Shown piece after piece: positions 11,145 through 13,512 of a stretch of DNA of 13,512 nt. Numbering within the stretch: the stretch's first letter is position 1; each line of letters opens with the position of its first letter. Source of the stretch: a virus (Duplodnaviria > Heunggongvirae > Uroviricota > Caudoviricetes); IMG/VR virus record IMGVR_UViG_2693429524_000013; one strand, 5' to 3'. The position numbers and the translations under genes were made by a program. The notes under the pieces were generated by a model that ran no database searches, was not told the origin of the DNA, and saw nothing but the letters and a program-made list of their open reading frames with translations.

Positions 11145-13247
11145 ATGGCAATGAAGGAAGTCGCCAGACTAACAAACGTTATTTACTGGGATTCTGATAA
11201 ATCCTCCTGGCGAAAAGAAGTTAAACGGCTTGAGGATTATAAAAAATCCTGGAAGAAAGCCACCGACGATATAGCTAAAGCTGATTTTAAATCTAATCAG
11301 GCTGTGCTCAGAACACAAAGAACACGCGCTAAGGTGGAAGAGCAGATTGCCAGAGCACAGAAGAAACAACGTGCTCAGGCTGTCAGCCGTCTGACCGGGG
11401 GCAATAATCCGGAGCTCTCCTCTATGCGCAAGTTCTATCAGCAGCAAGCCAGAGAAGCCGCCAGACAACAAAAACTGTTAGATCGTAGTGTTGGAGATGT
11501 TCAGCACAGAAAAGCACGTGTAGGGGCCAACAGTGCACGAATCAGCAGCATGTTTGATGGATCCCTGGTTGCTCAGTTCCAATCCAGAATCCAGAGAGTT
11601 AATGCTGATTATGCTAAAGGGGCTATTAACCTGCAGACCTATAATCAGAAAATGGCTCGGCTCAGAGCTGAAATGAAGATGGCAACAGTAGAGGCCGGAA
11701 AATTTCAGAGCAGACTGGATAAACTGGCATCAGGTGCCAGCAAGGTGCATGACAACCTGGGCAAAATCAACTCCACACTAGGCAAGATAGCCATTGGCCT
11801 TACTGCCGCTGGCTGGGGTGTTCAGCGTGCTGTTAGTGGTGCTATGGGTAGCCTTGCAGATCGCAACAGTGCCTACTTCGGTTTGATGGCACAGAACAAG
11901 GATGATAAAGCCAAGACTGACCAGCAGATGGCCTACGTCAAAAGAATCTCTTATGACTATGGGATGGATCAGCGTGAGACCGAAGGCGGCTTTATGCGCT
12001 TTGCTGCAGCCACACCAAGCATAAAAGAGAAAGATAAGCAGGATCTCTTTGAGGCTATGGCGATTAAAGGCCGATCAGTGGGTGCTACTGCGGACCAACA
12101 GAACAGGGCTATCGTTGCACTAGGACAGATATATAGCAAGGGCGGTCGAGTGTATGCGGAAGAGCTTAAGGGCCAGCTGTCAGAAGCCCTGGCAGGTTCT
12201 CAGGTAGATTTCACTAAGGCCGCTATCGATGCCGGAATCATCAAGAAAGAGGAAGAATTTAATAAAGCCCTTGAAGATGGCAAGATCACCATGGACAAGC
12301 TTCTTCCTTCCCTAGTGAAAATCTGGGGTGCTGCAAAAGAAACTAAAGCTTTTGCTGAATCCATGAAACAGCCAGAAGTAGCAATGCAGCGCATGAAAAA
12401 CAGCTTTAACGAGCTGGCGATTCAGTTTATGGGTGTTGTGGATCCTGCCGATGGCGTTGTTAGCTTATCTGAATCTCTGATCTCCATCTTCGAAGACCTC
12501 ACCACTGATATGGACGGCAGCGGGAGCGCGGCAAAACAGTTTGGTGAAGCAGTCGGTGCTGCCATGCGGGAGATCATGTATTGGGTAGGCTTCGCTAAGG
12601 GCTATATCGAGGTCAAGGCTAAAGAGTTCGGCATGACCGGATCAGAGGTTGGCGAGCTTATCGGGAAACTAGTAGTCGGCTTAGCAGGTCTGAAAGTTAT
12701 TACCACACTGCTTTCCCCTCTAACCGGATTTGTTTCACTTGTCACTCAGCTGATAGCCTTGTTAGGCAAAATCCCTGGTATGAGCAAGCTTATGGCATCT
12801 GCCTCAGGTGGAACGGCAACAGGAGCAGCGGTCATCAGTGCAGGATCTAACGCTGAAAGAAGTTTCATTGATGGCAAGACGCAGGAAATGAGTAAGGAGA
12901 ACTCAAAACAGGGCGCTTTGTTTGAGCTGGGGAGATTTGTCAGCAATGCTGGCGCACTGTTCACACCTGGCGGTGATACTGGTCCTTTGTTCGATCAGGT
13001 CAAAGGCTGGTTTAATAAAGGGCCAACATTGACAGTAGACACTGGCATCAGACCAACACCAACAGGCGGCATAGCTATCCAGAATGGTGGATATCAACCA
13101 GTCCAAGTAAATGTAGCCCCACAAGGTGAGATTTCCGGCAAATGGGAGATAACCATCGATGAGGGGGGAATTGCCAGGGTGATCCAGAAGGAAGTCAGCG
13201 ATCAGTTGGATTGGAAAGCCACACAGGAATCTAACCAGCTTTTCTAA
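11145..13247 (+). CDS. tail tape measure protein (700 aa)
   Basis: GAGGTG SD is present. The N-terminus is coiled-coil-like. The segment ALGQIYSKGGRVYAEELKGQLSEALAGSQVDF matches the conserved tape-measure domain core. Hydrophobic segments are present (LVVGLAGLKVITTLLSPLTGFVSLVTQLIALLGKIPG), and the C-terminus is Gly-rich. Confidence 0.85.
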   Translation: MAMKEVARLTNVIYWDSDKSSWRKEVKRLEDYKKSWKKATDDIAKADFKSNQAVLRTQRTRAKVEEQIARAQKKQRAQAVSRLTGGNNPELSSMRKFYQQQAREAARQQKLLDRSVGDVQHRKARVGANSARISSMFDGSLVAQFQSRIQRVNADYAKGAINLQTYNQKMARLRAEMKMATVEAGKFQSRLDKLASGASKVHDNLGKINSTLGKIAIGLTAAGWGVQRAVSGAMGSLADRNSAYFGLMAQNKDDKAKTDQQMAYVKRISYDYGMDQRETEGGFMRFAAATPSIKEKDKQDLFEAMAIKGRSVGATADQQNRAIVALGQIYSKGGRVYAEELKGQLSEALAGSQVDFTKAAIDAGIIKKEEEFNKALEDGKITMDKLLPSLVKIWGAAKETKAFAESMKQPEVAMQRMKNSFNELAIQFMGVVDPADGVVSLSESLISIFEDLTTDMDGSGSAAKQFGEAVGAAMREIMYWVGFAKGYIEVKAKEFGMTGSEVGELIGKLVVGLAGLKVITTLLSPLTGFVSLVTQLIALLGKIPGMSKLMASASGGTATGAAVISAGSNAERSFIDGKTQEMSKENSKQGALFELGRFVSNAGALFTPGGDTGPLFDQVKGWFNKGPTLTVDTGIRPTPTGGIAIQNGGYQPVQVNVAPQGEISGKWEITIDEGGIARVIQKEVSDQLDWKATQESNQLF

Positions 13248-13258
13248 TATTGTGATCT

Positions 13259-13274
13259 AAATCAATAAGTTAGC
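13259..13274 (+). repeat. 16-nt motif AAATCAATAAGTTAGC, copy 2 (IHF-consensus match)
   Basis: Identical to 5515-5530. It lies 12 nt after the tape measure stop. Both copies are preceded by TAATA(C/T). Confidence 0.6.
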
Positions 13275-13296
13275 CTGACCGGATAAACTCCAGGCA

Positions 13297-13329
13297 AGAA
13301 AAAAGCCCCTAAGTGTTAACAAAGGGGCT
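13297..13329 (-). terminator. rho-independent terminator for a leftward (convergent) transcript
   Basis: AGCCCCT (13304-13310) pairs with AGGGGCT (13323-13329) across a 12-nt loop. The minus strand continues UUUUUUCUU. The plus side has no U run. Confidence 0.65.
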
Positions 13330-13350
13330 CTTCTCCGGTATCCTTTTGAT

Positions 13351-13466
13351 GCGGGGCAAAACCTGCTAACAAAAATCAACCTCTCGCGAGACTAATGTTA
13401 GCAGGTTGCCGGAAGGTAAGTCAACTCCGGTCTATAAACCTTAAAGCGACTATAAAATTGCCCCGC
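13351..13466 (-). ncRNA. candidate structured RNA (three helices) ending at the 13297-13329 terminator; strand and function uncertain
   Basis: Outer 9-bp helix: GCGGGGCAA (13351-13359) with TTGCCCCGC (13458-13466). Perfect 12-bp helix: AACCTGCTAACA (13360-13371) with TGTTAGCAGGTT (13396-13407). Third helix: CCGGA (13409-13413) with TCCGG (13426-13430). Confidence 0.3.
13373..13390 (+). repeat. 18-nt motif, diverged copy 3 (AAATCAACCTCTCGCGAG, 15/18)
   Basis: It lies in the 24-nt loop of the 12-bp hairpin. The core has become the 10-bp palindrome TCTCGCGAGA. Confidence 0.6.
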
Positions 13467-13512
13467 CAATTGTGATGATCCGACCTTTGAGGCGGGTCCG
13501 GTGCCCAGGGGG

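Overview
Phage-derived window with siphovirus-type virion genes and sigma70, Enterobacterales-style signals. All calls come from reading the ORF translations and the DNA; no database search was possible.

LEFT ARM (minus strand): head decoration protein (3124-3459), lambda gpE-like major capsid protein (2066-3112), a strong terminator, a small HTH protein, a ~270-306 aa structural-looking protein, and an HK97 gp10-like head-tail or tail-completion protein. A perfect-consensus leftward promoter at 3944-3972 appears to drive these through a ~480 nt untranslated leader.

CENTRE: a small plus-strand accessory cassette at 4196-5318 (40-aa TM peptide, coupled micro-ORFs, HTH protein, 173-aa membrane protein). 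It is followed by ~2.8 kb (5320-8087) with no credible ORF on either strand. That stretch holds a 9-copy iteron array, 24-bp and 11-bp phased repeats, palindromic operators, covarying hairpin modules, a C6-A-G6 palindrome, a 26-nt alternating Pu/Py tract and three tandem strong rightward promoters.

RIGHT ARM (plus strand): early/replication-type genes (small DNA-binding protein, lambda-O-like wHTH initiator candidate, 48-aa hyper-acidic protein, double-HTH protein, unknowns). These are followed by two chaperone-position ORFs and a 700-aa tape measure protein that ends its operon. Downstream lie a convergent terminator and a multi-helix RNA-like element.

NOT SEEN: integrase, terminase, portal, tail tube, lysis genes, tRNA, rRNA, CRISPR array or IS element.

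MOST INTERESTING: the giant structured non-coding locus (possible plasmid-like replication/partition control region and/or long ncRNA), the dyad-conserving iterons, the covarying two-hairpin modules, an 18-nt perfect motif placed exactly 11 nt upstream of two start codons, promoter-plus-terminator leader units suggesting antitermination control, and the scrambled virion gene order.
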